Made by a program: the position numbers and the translations under genes. A DNA stretch of 63,955 bases, filler included, from Thelocarpon superellum (lineage: Eukaryota): assembly GCA_026025795.1 (NCBI GenBank). It is 3 parts of 3 records of this genome, joined end to end, with 100 filler letters (N's around TTAATTAATTAA, not from the genome) between each part and the next. Parts side by side here need not be neighbours in the genome. Positions count along the whole stretch, not along the records: positions 45,576 to 63,955 come from JAPEUG010000362.1; 2 more parts are not named here. One strand, given 5' to 3'. The notes under the pieces were generated by a model, which saw only the letters and a program-made list of their open reading frames with translations, was not told where the DNA came from and made no database searches. Positions 47,574-60,861 of the stretch are shown here, in pieces (positions within the stretch are counted from its first letter, which is position 1; every line of letters begins with the position of its first letter).

Positions 47574-49501
47574 GGCCCCGGGATGCTCTTTGGTCACGGC
47601 ACTCGCTCTGGGGTGGACTCGTAGCAAGTCGGTGCAGCCCCTCCGCTGGTGCCGAGGGACATCTTTCACCAACCTCTGTTGTTCCGTGCGTTGACGAGCA
47701 ATGACGACGTTGGGCGGTGGATGGCTCGATCCACAGTCTGAATTTCAATCGTCAGGAAAGCGACGGGTAAAGTTGCCCCACTTGCGAGCAGGAAAATGGT
47801 TTAGAAAGGATTCGGGGCCAGACAAGGGGAGCTCCTGCACATTGGACATCGAAAGATCCTCCAATCTGCTTAGCAAACGGTCACAGTATTCATACGATTA
47901 CCCGGCCGGACTCATGCTTCCCAGCACCAAGATGATTACATCATCTATCCCGGCGGAGGCGTGATGAGCGATGCGCCATGCGCTGTCCCACTCGCCGACC
48001 GTGCCGCCGCGGTAGAAGTGATTGCACTATGATAGAAGTGGTACCGCCGATTAACCTCTCCAAGGCGTCGGTCAACTTATTTCTCCATCTTGCCGGCGGT
48101 ACGTCTGGGCTATACTGCGTCGAGCATCGTCCTCCTACGCGCCGATTTCTAGCTCCGGGCAGCGAAAGCGAGAAGCCGTTGCCCGGATAACAGAGGCCGG
48201 GTCATCAGAGGAAACCGGTGCGGGACCGGGGATACGGGGGGGCGGGGGACTTGGGGTTCTGAGCCGTGCACATGGCTCGAAGCGAGAAAGTCTGACGCGA
48301 TCCCTAAGGAACGAGGTCGTGCGAGTATAGGTACTACAGCCCCCTCATCCCCTCGATCTTCGACGCATCCAGGGCCTTCTGACGCAGGACCGGCGCAGGA
48401 CAAAACCCGGTAGAGCGGGTGTTCCGGCCTGTGGTTTATCTCCACGCGAAAAGAGACCTGAAGCCAGGCTGAGGCTGGCCATTTCTGAATGATGATTTGT
48501 TGGTGGCAGGTTTCGTGCCAGATGGCCTGCATGCGGCCATCAACTGTGCTCGTCCGCCGTGCCAATCCCATGGCACGACGGCGGAGAGGCCAAGAGAGTG
48601 ACGGCGAGGGGCTCGACGCCCGTCACGCCGGCGGAGCGCGATGAACAACGGGACTGTGGGGCCTCGGGGTGATGGAGCAACGGGGCGCGACGGCACAGGA
48701 AAGCGATTTACGTGCGGAAAACGTCCGACCGGGTCGGCCGGGCCCCGGCCCCCGGCAGGCCAGGGAGCAGCATGGCGACGACCGGATCCCGGACCGCCGC
48801 GATGGCTTACTCGTGCTTGCGCAGCAGCGTCTCTCAGAAGTACGGGTAAAGCGAACTGCTTGAACTTGGAGGTAGCTGGTACCCGTAGTGCAATGCAGCC
48901 GCGGCAGCTTCCAGCGCCGCTGCAGCAGCTCCAGCTCGTGTCCCCTCAGCCTTACGGGTATCGTCAACCTGTCAGCATTCGTCAATCGCCCTCCCCTGCT
49001 CAGCTGCGCCGAACCTTCCTGTGCTCAGTAGGGCCAATCATCCTGCTCCTTGCCACCGCACCTAGTCCACGTCAAACAGCGGCCGTGGAAACCCACGCGG
49101 CCCTCAGCGCACCTCACCTCACCTCATATCTCCTCTCCTCAATTGCCTTACTCCATGCCTTCCCGCTCTCGTTCCCACTCCCACCTCCAGGGACTGTTCC
49201 CAGTAGCTGTGCGGTCGTAGAACGGCACAAGTCGCGGCGCCCATAAAAGGTCCCCCAAAAGGCCCCCCCGGCCACCGTGCCACGTCCCATCTCTCCCCTC
49301 TCCTGACCCTTATCATCTCCGTCTTATACGCGCCTCCAACCTCCGCCGTCTCCACTGCTGGGGTGAGCCCTCCGCCACTTCATCGCTCGTGTGTCGTGCC
49401 GCAGGATGACGCCGACGCCGGCGCCATCCGCCTACCCACAGTGCTGCCGCTTCCAGTAGCCCTCGTCGCTGATCCGGTGGTCGGCGGTACCAGTCACGCC
49501 A

Positions 49502-51996
49502 ATGGATCTCCCACTCCCGTCGTGGAGCAAGCCCACAGGCGAGAAGAATGGGACACGAGTTGCGCACACCTTGACGGCGTGTGGACGTTGTCGCAGTGTG
49601 AGTGCCACCCCGCCTCGTGAGAGGCAAGGGACGGTGCTCGCGTGCTAATCTCACGGCCGACAGCGCAAGACCAGGTGCGACCCGGGGCTTCCACGATGTG
49701 GTCCCTGCGAGAAGACCAATGCCCCCTGCGAATACTGGGACCAAGCCAAGGGCAAGATGATCCCGCGACACTACGTCGTGCACCTACAAGACCGGGTGCG
49801 CTCGCTCGAGGCCAAGCTCGCTCAGCTCGAGCGCGATCGCCCCTCGCCACCCGAGCCCGAGCCCGAGCCCGAAGGGATTGTCCGCGGGGCGGGTCTCGTC
49901 CGCTTCGATGAAGGGGTCGAGCCGCGCTTCCTCGGTTCGTCCAGCGGCATCGCCATGTCACGATTGGTGCTCGAGCTGGCCAAAAACAACATGGGCACCA
50001 AAAGCATTCGTGATCTCGTCCCCGACGACGGGCCCACACCGCACAAGGTCAAATCGCCTACCGACGGGAGTGAGGTCAAGGCCTATCCCATCCTAAGCTC
50101 CGTCCCGGCCTTGTCACTCCCCAGCCGGCCGACAGCGGACAAGTTGGTCGAGGTGTTCTGCCAGCGATGTAAGCGTCAAGAAATGAAACCTGCAGTCTTT
50201 CCGTGGAGATGTCCCTGACCATGCGTAGCGCAATTCTTGCTGCCCACCCTCCATGAACCCAGCTTCCGTGCCGACGTCCAGGCTGTCTACGATGGATCGA
50301 AAGACCCATATCGCAACTTCGTCCTGCGCATGGTCTTTGCCATTAGCCTGCAGAAGCTGGACGCCCAATATGCCGGCCTGGCGGACAGCTACTACCTTGC
50401 GGCCTTTGAGTACGTGGATGCCGCCATGCGGTCCATGGATCTGAAGACGCTCCAATGCTTGGTCTTGATCGGGCAGTACTCGCTTCTCACCCCGACCCGC
50501 ACGGCCGTCTACTATGTCATTGGCCTTGCATCGAAGCTCTGTCAGCAGCTGGGCTTACATGAGGAGGATATCTTCGTGCAGACCGGGGTTGAATACAAGC
50601 TCGACGCCTTGGAAAAGGACATGCGACGACGCCTCTTCTGGATTGTGTGAGTTCCATCGCTCGCGTGTCATCAACATGGGGAGCACTGACGCATGACAGT
50701 ATCTCCATGGAATACGGCCTCTCCCACAGTCTTGGCCGGCCTAGTGCGCTCTCCATTGGCCCGGATCATATCGACGTAGGCTACTTTGCCTCGGTGGATG
50801 ACGAGCTCATCACCCCGGATGCTGTCCTTCACGGACCGGCCTCACCGAAGAAGCTGATCGCCATCCACTTCTTTGAGATGAGATTACTTCAAGCGGAGAT
50901 CCGGCGGAAGCTCTACCAGAAGAAGCGAGACGAGCCCAAGGATGACCAGGATCCGTGGTTTGCCGAGATGGAAGCCAAGGTAGACCATTGGCGATCGAGC
51001 AGCCCGTACAATGCCGAAGGAAGTGGCCACAGCAATGCGTGGTTCACGTCCAAGTACAACACCATCATCGTGCAGCTCTTCCGGTCCTCGCCCCAGATTC
51101 CCAACCCCTCGGTGCGGGCGGCCGTCCTCTGCTTCAACGCCTCGGCCTACAATGCACGAATGCAGCGGCGACAGATTGCAGAACGGAGCGTAGACACGAC
51201 CTGGATCTTGGTGCAGTCGCTCTTCATGGCGCTGAACACCATTCTCTGGTGCATCTCCTATCCGGAAGTGCGGCGGCTGAACCCCAAGTCCGAGTTGGTG
51301 CAGCTCCTTCAGCTCGGCCTGGAAAGCATCCGGCTGTGCTCGGACCGCTGGCCCGGCGCGTCGTCGGCGTACGAGCTCTACATCAAGCTCTCGCAGGCTC
51401 GTCTCAAGAGCTACGACACCATTGAGAACACCAACGGCACCAGCACGCCGTCCACACTTGCCTCACCGGCGTCGCTCCTCCCCACTTCCATTCAGTCCTC
51501 CAAATCCAGCCCTGCCAGCCAGCAGCGAACCTTTGTGACCTCGCCCCCAGACCAAACGTCCCCCGCCAGCATCTTCCTCGACCCCACGTCTCCTCACGAA
51601 TGGACCTCGCCCAATTTCACTTCCTCGTCACCCTCGCCCAACTACCTCAACGCCTTCCGGGACATTCCCCTGACGGCCGAGCCGGCGACCAACCTATTGC
51701 CTGCCACCAGCGCCTGGGATCCGCTCTACACCACCCTACCCGCTATCACTAATCTGCCCTTCGGCCCATCCACCGAGCTCCTCAACCCGGCTCTCCTCGC
51801 CAATTCGCCTCACGATCAGTACATGCAAATGATGTACGGCGTGCCCGACAGCACCGCCTTCTCGCGGCGCCAAGATAGCCTGAGCCAGGCGCAACAACGC
51901 GAGCTCATGGACACGCTGGAGACGGACGGCGTCGAACACATGAGCACGTTGCTGGACCAATCCAAGAATTTCTTCAATTCCCTTGGCACGCCTTGA
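49502..51996 (+). CDS. Zn(II)2Cys6 transcription factor with fungal-specific TF domain (Ppr1/UaY-like)
   Basis: Spliced RVAHTLTACGRCRS/RKTRCDPGLPRCGPCEKTNAPCEY...PRHYVVHLQDRV, YYVIGLASKLCQQLGLHEE, MRRRLFWI/SMEYGLSHSLGRP, and DRWPG. Confidence 0.9.
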
Positions 51997-52096
51997 TGTC
52001 CCTTTTAGATTGGCTGGGTAGAAAGGCCTGCTTCTGGACAGCGAGCAAGCGAGCGAAGAGAGGATGGAAGGCTCCATAATCCCTTATTGATTACCC

Positions 52097-52157
52097 TTTC
52101 GTCTTCTTCGTCTTCTTCGTCTTCTTCGTCTTCTTCGTCTTCTTCGACTTCTTCTTC
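52097..52157. repeat. (TTCGTCTTC)n 9-bp tandem repeat downstream of the TF stop codon
   Basis: Read directly. Confidence 0.85.
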
Positions 52158-52998
52158 CCATACTCCATCAGGATTGCCTTTGCGGTGAGCTGGACTTACG
52201 GGCGGTTTTATTCTGTTCCCTCCTTCTTTCTTTGTCTCGTTCGTTTCGTATCGATTCGCCTTGGATGGCTGGAACGCTTGGAACGGCCCGGAACGGCCCG
52301 GAACGCCGGGACGAAATGCACGGAATGGAACGATCAGGAATGAGGCGAGAGGTAGAAGCTAAAAGCCATCTGAATGAATGAAAATGAGATTGAGAACGAT
52401 TAGACCACCGTTTATTGTCAATCGCGTACGACTTACACCCTCACATTCTGGGGACAAAACGCATTGAGGAAGGAAGGTGGACACGCAGGAAGAAGGAAGG
52501 CGTGATAACGGGTGGAGTAGGCTCAGACTTGCCTTATCCACGTCATGGTCTCGCACATGGTCCATCTCTCCTCTTCGTCTCCTCTCCTTTCCTCTCTTCT
52601 GCTCTCGACCACTCCCTCCTTCTCTCCCTCCCTCCCGCTCCCTCCTCCCTTCCATCCATCCACCCAACAGAAATAACCGACCGACCAACCAACCAACCGT
52701 AGATTGGAGAGGGGTGGAGTACAGCGGGTGGAACAGAGGAGGGTGGGGGAATAGAAGAGAGGGAGAAAAGACAAGAAAGCGGGAGAAGAGGGGAAAGGAG
52801 GGAGGAGGGAAGAGGAAAGGCGAGGACAGATGTGCGTGGCTCGGTAGTATCTGTATGATTCAGCGACGCATGAGACGGTCGCTGAATCGTCATCACTGCC
52901 TGTCCTCCTTCGTGAAATTCGTGCAGCATGGCGAGTAAGAGAAAAGGGGGAGTGGATGAACACATATATGGGATGGAATACAGTGAGGTGAAATTGGT

Positions 52999-54949
52999 TT
53001 AGGAGATCAGATCCGTGCCCTTAGTCTTGCCGCCTTCCATCTTGGCGGTGCGAGCTCCGAATTGGATCTATGCGGCATATGCCCACGTCAATAAGGTCAA
53101 TCGGAGACGAGAACAAAGACGCGGACAAGACGTACTGCGCGTTTCTTCTCCGTCGCTACGCCCGTCATGCCCAGTTTCCACGCCAGGAGTCGGAGCACTT
53201 TCTTACCCGGCTCAATTACCACCTCTCCTCCCGAGTCTGACGCGGATGGACTCTCGCCGAATCCGCATTTCTCCCACACCGGACAAACCATTGCCCATTG
53301 AACGAGCTGTTCGTCGAGGTAGGGATACCTTACTTCCTTTCCCCAGTGTGCGATGAGGCGGTCGTCGCGCCCGAGATTCCGCTTGCCGAGCCGTTTGACG
53401 TCCAGGTCGAGCTCGTCGAGAAGCCCTTCGAAGCTGCGTCGAGAGAACGCGGTCGCGTGCCGCGTGTAGCCTCCGAAGAGCTCGTCTGCGCCCAGCCCGG
53501 AGAGGAGAACCCGTGCGGGGGTCGTATACGGGATCGTTGCAGAAGACGAAGATGAGTCGTCGGGAACGACGATACCGCGGCCGCGAGCGGCAAAGTACAG
53601 TGCGTAGCCGATGGAAAGGTCCATCTCTGTTTGGTGAGGGTAAAGGAGTGTGATGACTTCCTGTCGTTGTGTTATCGCTTCGGTGTATGGGACGTTAATC
53701 TGCGCCCGGTCAGTAAAGCCGGAGTCCGTGACGCTCCGCGAACACTTACTTCCACAAACCTCCACCTCCGGCCTGCACAGGTCTTTTGCAGCTCTGCAAA
53801 GCTCTTTCTCCCCGAGACTCGATCGGGACACGACTCGTAGGGTTGCACCGTGCTTCGTGGGTTCGCCCTTGCGGCTGCAGCAACGACGCGAGGGTTCTCA
53901 AAGGCAACATTCAGGAGGTCAATCTCTTCGTCCAGCGGCAGAATGTCGTGGCTCAGGCGAGCGAGAACTGTGCAGTCGAGACCTCCAGAGAAGAGCACGG
54001 CAATTTTCACGTGGTTTGTGGCACGTAGATCCTGACGCGAGTGTCCGGTAGGCCGTATGTTCTGAACACGGTATTGGAGGGACGTGCAAAGCTCGGAATG
54101 CAGTCTCGACACGGCGCCAGAGTCTTTGTGCAGGGAGGTGGAGTATTTCCCTGGGAGATTGCGATTGAGGGGAGGCAATGAACTCGACTGTCTTTTCGGT
54201 AAGTGCTCCATCGTGGTCCGAGCAAGTTGAAATGGGCTTACAGGGTCTGGATGGAAGGAATATGTCGGGAGAGCATCTTTTCGCGTCCAAGGAATCATAG
54301 ACACGGCAGTCCAAGGACTACTTTCTGGCAGCATCTTGAGCAAATCCATCACGTAGAGACCACTGGCTTCTACTTCGGTCCAGCCGTCGGTTAGTAGGCC
54401 GTCGGACACACTGGAAAGAACCAATGTCCCAGCATCGGTCAAGCGACGCATCAGAGACCGTCGTCCAAGACGGTCTCTGCCAAAGTACAGCTTCCGTCTG
54501 GGACGATCGAAGAAGACAAAGGCAAAGGGTCCGGATATCTGATCAAGGCATTGGATCATCGGATCTGGAAGATGGCTTCCCTCCATCTCAACCTTTTGGG
54601 CCGCGACGGAGGAAGCCAGTAGCTTTTGGCCAACATACTCCACATCGTTGCCGGGGACGGGGATACCCTGCGAGCACCAGGCCTCTCCATTCCAGCAGAG
54701 GAGACGCCCCGAAGCGTCATCTATCAGCGGCTGAGATGTTACAAGGTCTCCACGAAGGGAGAGAACGCTCGATATCACATGGAGATTAAGGGGGAAGGTG
54801 TGGGCGGTACCGGAAGTGTCCGGATGGACCTCGATTTGTCTTGCATGTTTGTGGAAGCTGTCGGGTCCCCGCCTGCTGATGAGCTTGGCGAGCTGGGAGC
54901 TCGGGATAGGATGGTGTGCCCTCCCTATGGAGAGATAGATGCCACACAT
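52999..54949 (-). CDS. ASNSD1: Asparagine synthetase domain-containing protein 1 (ASNSD1/YML096W-like)
   Basis: N-terminal MCGI Ntn-amidotransferase start, RRGPD, WNGE, GRDRLGRRSL, LFSGGLDC, LNVAFEN, LSGLGADELFGGY, RNLGRDDR and KKRA/IQFGARTAKM. Confidence 0.93.
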
Positions 54950-55403
54950 GGAGCCGTGAATTCCTCATCCTCTGTTACTCATGACGAATCCATCTTATCA
55001 GATTGGCCTTGTATGCCGGAGCTCAGTTTGTCCGTGGGGGCCGTCCTTGGTAGATCTGAAGCATGAAGCTTAGTGGGGCGGGAAACGGAAGCGATGGTTG
55101 GTTGACATCGCTTCAGCTACTCCAAGTGCAGGAGCATGGAGACGGCCGAATCGATGCAACTTCGGTGGATGGATCAACAGACCTCGATGCCTGGCGCCAT
55201 GTCTTGAAGACAGCACGATACTTGGCCTCTGCTGCAATATAAGTGACGTGTGCACCGGCTCATCTTCATGCAGCTTTCACAGACACGGTGCTGGCGCCTT
55301 GTACGAGACGGCATCCTCGACCTCTCCGGTCACGGTGTCTAAACACGAGTATCCTGCCTGAGATTGACATCTGTGGTCAGACCAATCTGCCGTCCTCCAG
55401 CAT

Positions 55404-58188
55404 ATGTCTCTCCCCAACGAAGCACCTGTCCCGTCTCAGGATGAAGACGTGCCGCTTACATCGGCCGAGGGGTCCGCGAAGCCGGCCGCCGAGGACATCG
55501 TCTCGGCCGTGCCCACCGTGCCCGCTTCTTGCACGAATGATTCGGAATCGGCGCCGCCGGCGAAGGCCGATCGTGTGGAGCACAAAGTAAGCTCCGCATC
55601 CTTGGACGCTGAAAATGGATCGAATGAGGTCCCTGAGACCGGGCAGAGAGAGCTGCAACATCTTTCAGAGCGAATTACGGAGATGTCTTTGTCCGCGAGA
55701 GAAGAAGAGCCGGCCACGAATACATCGACCATCGGCGATACCAACCAGAGGTTTTCGACCCCACCCCCACCACCTCCCAAGGATGATCGATATCTCGATC
55801 CGACCCCGAAGACACCCCTCCCGTCTGCCCCACCCTCAAGATCACATTCTACCATTACCCATCACAAATATGAGGACGGAGCACTTCCACCGCTTCCAAC
55901 GCAGCCGGGAGCTACGGCCACTGAGCCTGAGGAGACCTCGACCGTCGAAGCCACCACCCCGGACGCCGACGAATCGAGATCAGAGATTCAGAGTATCTTA
56001 GATCAGTTTGAGGACGAAGGCGTTGGGGGCCCCACGGCGGAAGAAGTCATGTCGCCTCGGTTGAAGATATCAAGCCCGCTCCTGAGCCATCCTATCCAGC
56101 ATCCCCCGAGGAGATCGAGCCTGGAGCCCATTCTCAATCAAGCTTGGAATCCGCTCGAGACTCCACCGCCAGCGACGATCGCGCCACCTGATACAGATAC
56201 CCCCGTCGAGCCGACGGCGCACGCTGACCAAAGCCCGTCCATCACTTCTCCATCCCAAACAGTCTCCAACTTTACCCACGCTAAGAGAATCTCGGGCAAT
56301 ACTCCAGCAACCGAGCCGCCGTCCGGCGCGTTCCCTCACGCGATGTTCAAGCCCCCATTCCCAGAGCCAGACCCCGAACCCGACCTTCCCTTTGACTTTC
56401 ATCGCTTTCTGGAACAGCTCCGACATCGCACCGCCGATCCTGTGGCAAAGTTTCTCCGCTCATTCCTGTCGGAGTTTGGTAAGAAGCAGTGGATGGTGCA
56501 TGAGCAGGTGAAGATCATCAGTGATTTCCTGGCCTTCATCACCGATAAGATGGCTCAATGTGAAATATGGCGCGAGGTGTCGGACGCGGAGTTCGACAAT
56601 GCCAAAGAGGGGATGGAAAAGCTAGTGATGAACCGGCTGTATACTCAGACCTTCTCACCCGCTATTCCTCCGCCACAGCCGCTACCTGGGAACAAGGGCA
56701 AGCGGAGACAGGCGGACCGCGTGCTGGCACCAGGTCGGCGGGGACAGCATCAAGAGGATGTCGAGCGCGACGAAGTGTTGGCGCAGAAGGTGCTCATCTA
56801 CGGATGGGTGCAAGAGGAGCACCTGGATATCAAGCCCGTCGGTGAGAGTGGACGAAGATTTCTGACGTTGGCACAGCAGGGTAAGACGAGAGGACGTAGG
56901 CGCTGTATCCGACGCCTGCTGACACCGAAGATAGAGCTTCTCAAGATCAAGACATATCGTGCGCCTCGAGACAAAGTCATCTGCGTGTTGAACTGCTGCA
57001 AGGTCATTTTTGGTAAGATTCCCGACGTGGCATCACGGATGGTTCACTGATGTTCCCTCCAGGGTTGTTGCGAAACTCCAAAGCAGACCAGTCAGCGGAC
57101 TCTTTCGTGCCGCTCTTGATCTACGTGGTTCTTCATGCCAACCCCGAGCATCTAGTGTCAAACCTGCAGTATATCATGCGGTTCCGTAATCAGGAAAAGC
57201 TTGGGGGAGAAGCGGGGTATTACCTATCCTCCTTGGTGATGCAGCTCCAATCTTCCACCGACTGACATTTGCTGACTGGCGCAGATGGGTGCCGTGCACT
57301 TCATCGAAAGTCTCGACCGGACCTCTTTGACGGTGTCGGACGAGGTGTTTGAGAAGAATGTGGAAGTGGCGGTGTCCAGCATTGCGGAGAGACTCGAAAA
57401 GGCGGAGCCCGCAGCACCGATGCAGGTTCAAGTGGCGGAGAAGTCCACCATCAGTCGACCGGAGGTCACGTCGCGCAACTCGCTAGACGCCGAATATTCC
57501 ACGCCTCGGCGGTCGACCTCCAGCCGCGAAGACTCTGACGTGGTGCCCGAGCCGGCGGAGGAAAAGATGGCGGTGGTGGGCCTCCTACGCACGATCCAGC
57601 GACCGCTCTCGACCTTTGGGCGTATCTTCTCGGATGATACGGGGTCGTTCCCTCCGTCATCATCGCGACTCCACACCCCCAGTCCCGCGGTCGACGCGGC
57701 TCGGTCACCTTCGCGCGACGCAGCGGCGCGACGGTCGCCTCGAAGATCTTACGACCCTGAGGCCGACTCTACAGCCGATCCGACCCGATCTCAAGGGGTG
57801 TCGGGGGCCACGGGCGGTGACCGCGGCCGCCTAAGCGCCGAGGACGCAGCGGCGCGGCAGGCCAGCGCCGAGGCGGAAGAAGCGCAGAGGATACGAAGCG
57901 CCGAACATGCCACGGTTGTCGAGTATGCGCCTTCCATCCCTCACCGCTCACTATTCTCCCAACATCTGTCTCAGGAGCCACGCTAACAAGATGATAATGT
58001 GCAGAACATTATCCGGCATGTTTCCCGACCTTGATAAAGAAGTGATAGACGACGTGGTGCGGTTGAAAGAAGGCCGGTACGTCCCCTCTCCTTCCACGAC
58101 CGCCCCTTACCGAAAGGCAGCCTGAGTCTGACGGTTTCACATCAGGGTCGGATTGGCGGTCGATGCATGTCTGGCACTGAATACGTGA
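55404..58188 (+). CDS. VPS9: Rab5/Vps21 guanine-nucleotide exchange factor with C-terminal CUE domain
   Basis: FDFHRFLEQLRHRTADPVAKFLRSF, YRAPRDKVICVLNCCKVIF, SADSFVPLLIYVVL, GEAGYYLSSL, and CUE motif MFPDLDKEVI...AVDACLAL. Confidence 0.95.
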
Positions 58189-58228
58189 AGACGTGAATAC
58201 GTGAATACGCGAATACGTGAATACGTGA
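58179..58228. repeat. (GAATACGT)n 8-bp tandem repeat that begins inside the last codons of VPS9
   Basis: Read directly; about 6 units, some variant. Confidence 0.85.
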
Positions 58229-58567
58229 TGGATGACTGAGGTACTGGCGGCTGGTACGTAGCCGGGGATTGCGGCATGGAGATGGAGCAAAGGAGGGTCT
58301 AGCGATGGGGTGCAACGTGATACATGACTTCGGTTCGGGTTGAGTTTCTTCCTTCTTCCTGAGATTTTACCTGGGTTTAGCCACGAGCGGTCATGTTGTT
58401 TCAAGAATAGTTCGAGGACGGAGACGAGGACGGAGACGGGGACGAAGAAGACCGTGAAAGAAATATAACCCACAAATCCTGGATGCTTCTGGATGTCTCA
58501 TCATGTTCACGTCAATTGTGTGTATCTCATGTCCCGCATCCACCATCTAGCATCAAGCATTTAAGAC

Positions 58568-59701
58568 TCATGATCCTGTATCACGCAACCGCGCCAAAGC
58601 AGCCAGAACGCCCTCGCTCACTTCGCCGTCTCTTGATTGCTTCCGTCGTTGCTGGTCGGTGTCTGGGTTCTGAGCAGTGGTGGTGATGGCGATGGCGGTC
58701 GAGGCTTCGAGCATCGCTTCTTCCTCGTCCGCGCCCGGCTCCCAGTCTGCCTCGGCCTCGGCCTCGGCCTCGACCTCTGCAATGCGCGTGGCCGTCTTTG
58801 ATTGCAGTAGAGCCACGTCTGGCACCGGGCTCATTGAACCACGCTCGTCCTCATCCTCGTCCTCCTCGACCGCGTCCACATCTGCGTCCGCCCGACTGGC
58901 ATCGCGGCTGATGGTGGCGCCCCGACGAGCGGCTCGTCGGACACGAAAGGGCTCTCGAACGCTACCGCACCACTGCTGCACCTTTCTCTCACCCCAGCCG
59001 GCGACGAGGTCGATCTCCTCAGGTCGGGCGGTCACGGCGGCCTGCAGCGTGCCGAAGTTGCCCAACAGGCCGACAGCATCGGCCTTGTTGATGCTGCGCG
59101 GGAGGGTAATAAACTCGACGAGCTTCTCGCTCGCAGTTGTGGCCTGCTGACCTCGAATGCTCCCCGCGCTGGAGTGCTCGTGGCTCTTGAAGAGCTCGAG
59201 GTACCGCGCAGCCTCTGAAGCGCTCCAGCTGACGATCAGGGTCAGGTCGTACACCAAGCACGTCTTGGACAGGCTCCTCAGCGAATCTTCGTGATTCGGA
59301 ATGTCGACCAAGACCAGCAAGACCCGCAGATTGTACTTGTGCCCTAATTTACTGATGCGGCCATCGATGTAGCCCGGGCGGATCCGGTGATACTTCAGCT
59401 GGAGAAAGAGGACGCAGGTCGTGTTTCCCACGACGTAGTCGGCCGGAATATCAGCCCATTCCCAGGGAATGCCTTGAATCTTCTCCAAGACAGGATTGCC
59501 CTTTTGTGCCGTTGAAACAAGGATATGACTTGTTCCTTGTCGGGCCGGCAGTGCCTGAGGCTTGGGCTGTTGCACCCTGCCTGCCGTGGGAGCGTGTGGT
59601 AGCGGTCTTCTCTCCGCCGCTGTACCTCTTGAGGTAAAGGCGCGCTCAGTGGCGTCTAGAGCGGCGGCGTAGTCGGCATCATCTCCCAATTCGTCATCCA
59701 T
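58568..59701 (-). CDS. RAD10: DNA excision repair protein Rad10/ERCC1/Swi10; intronless
   Basis: ILVSTAQKGNPVL, PADYVVGNTTCVLFLQLKYHR, LRVLLVLVD, WSASEAARYLE, and HhH-like PRSINKADA...GWGERKV. Confidence 0.94.
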   Translation of the reverse strand: MDDELGDDADYAAALDATERAFTSRGTAAERRPLPHAPTAGRVQQPKPQALPARQGTSHILVSTAQKGNPVLEKIQGIPWEWADIPADYVVGNTTCVLFLQLKYHRIRPGYIDGRISKLGHKYNLRVLLVLVDIPNHEDSLRSLSKTCLVYDLTLIVSWSASEAARYLELFKSHEHSSAGSIRGQQATTASEKLVEFITLPRSINKADAVGLLGNFGTLQAAVTARPEEIDLVAGWGERKVQQWCGSVREPFRVRRAARRGATISRDASRADADVDAVEEDEDEDERGSMSPVPDVALLQSKTATRIAEVEAEAEAEADWEPGADEEEAMLEASTAIAITTTAQNPDTDQQRRKQSRDGEVSEGVLAALARLRDTGS

Positions 59702-60861
59702 CGAGGAATGCACGCCGGGATGTGTGGCTTTATGAGTCCACGAGAGTGGGATGTCCACGTTGTGAGCTACATTCACCTTTCTTTTGGGTTTGGCGTCAGC
59801 TCATCGTCGTGGGATGTGCGGTGCTCGGGTGGACCTTCCCGACTTGCTGACTGATCTGAGCCGACCACTGCTCGCGCCTGGGGAGGGCAGCTGGCGAGGC
59901 TCGCCAAGGACCGAACCTCATGGGGCAGGCCGTGGAGTAGGCCGCCGCAGTACGAGTGCCTTAGAGTGCCATACAGAGTCGAGTGCATTCCGGGCAACAC
60001 GACGATCGGGCTGGTCAAGCTCATCTAAACATGAGGATGACCGCGAGTCCTTCCTCCGCACACAAGCTCACGGGCAGGCGGGAGGACACCAGCGAAGATA
60101 TTGGTTCCCTACTGGTCAATTCTGTCGTTTGCATGTGTGCCGTCCGCAAATTCGAAGGGCGTTACTACTGGAGCACTCGTGCTGCTTTCATGAGGTGCTC
60201 GTACTCATCGTTCGCAATTGGGTCGATCCTCTCGCATTATTTCACCCAGGGCGACTAGTCCAGTGGCGACCCAGCAGCCCATGTGAGTGGGTGGTGTCGC
60301 CTAAGCACGGGGAAGCGAGTCGGTGCCTGTCATTCGCTCATTCGCTGCTGGCCGTTTCAGTCAGGCGTTCATTCATTCATCGGTCGCCCAGTGGTACCAA
60401 GGACTCGCGGCATGGGTGAGGGAGTACTCGTCGTGCGGCGAGCAGAGGCAACCAGTCCTCGTACTACTGTTCCGTATTCTGACTACTTCGTACTAGTCAC
60501 ACTCCGTACCGGCGTCGTCTGGCAGAGTGGGAGGGAACACGCCAAGCCTTGCCGTCGCCCATCCGGTCGCATTCACGCCAGTCAGCCGTCACCAGTCGCC
60601 GCGAGTCGCGGGTCCTGGCGACCGACTCGCCAAGTGATCTTGGCCTCACCACTAGACCTCCAGCCCTCGTCGGCCCATCGCCCTGGCAAGACACCAACGA
60701 CCCTCATCTCCATCACCACCACCACCGCCATCGAGGTCAGCATCTACGACACCGACTCCCCTCCATCATCCACCGCCGTCCTTTCACTCCATCTGAGCGC
60801 TGTCCATGCTCATCGCCGGTCGTGATCGCAACCACCCCCGCGGCAAGCCCTGCGGGCCTCC

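Noticed and set aside
47574..49501. CGG triplets between the two zinc-cluster genes as autoregulatory sites, and the 201-aa ORF 48641..49246
   Set aside because: CGG is very common at this GC content and I saw no clean CGG-N6-CCG site; the ORF has no protein-like features.
54950..55403. Possible ASDURF-like upstream ORF, as found on the human ASNSD1 transcript
   Set aside because: The 454-bp divergent region has no prefoldin-like coiled-coil ORF that I can see.
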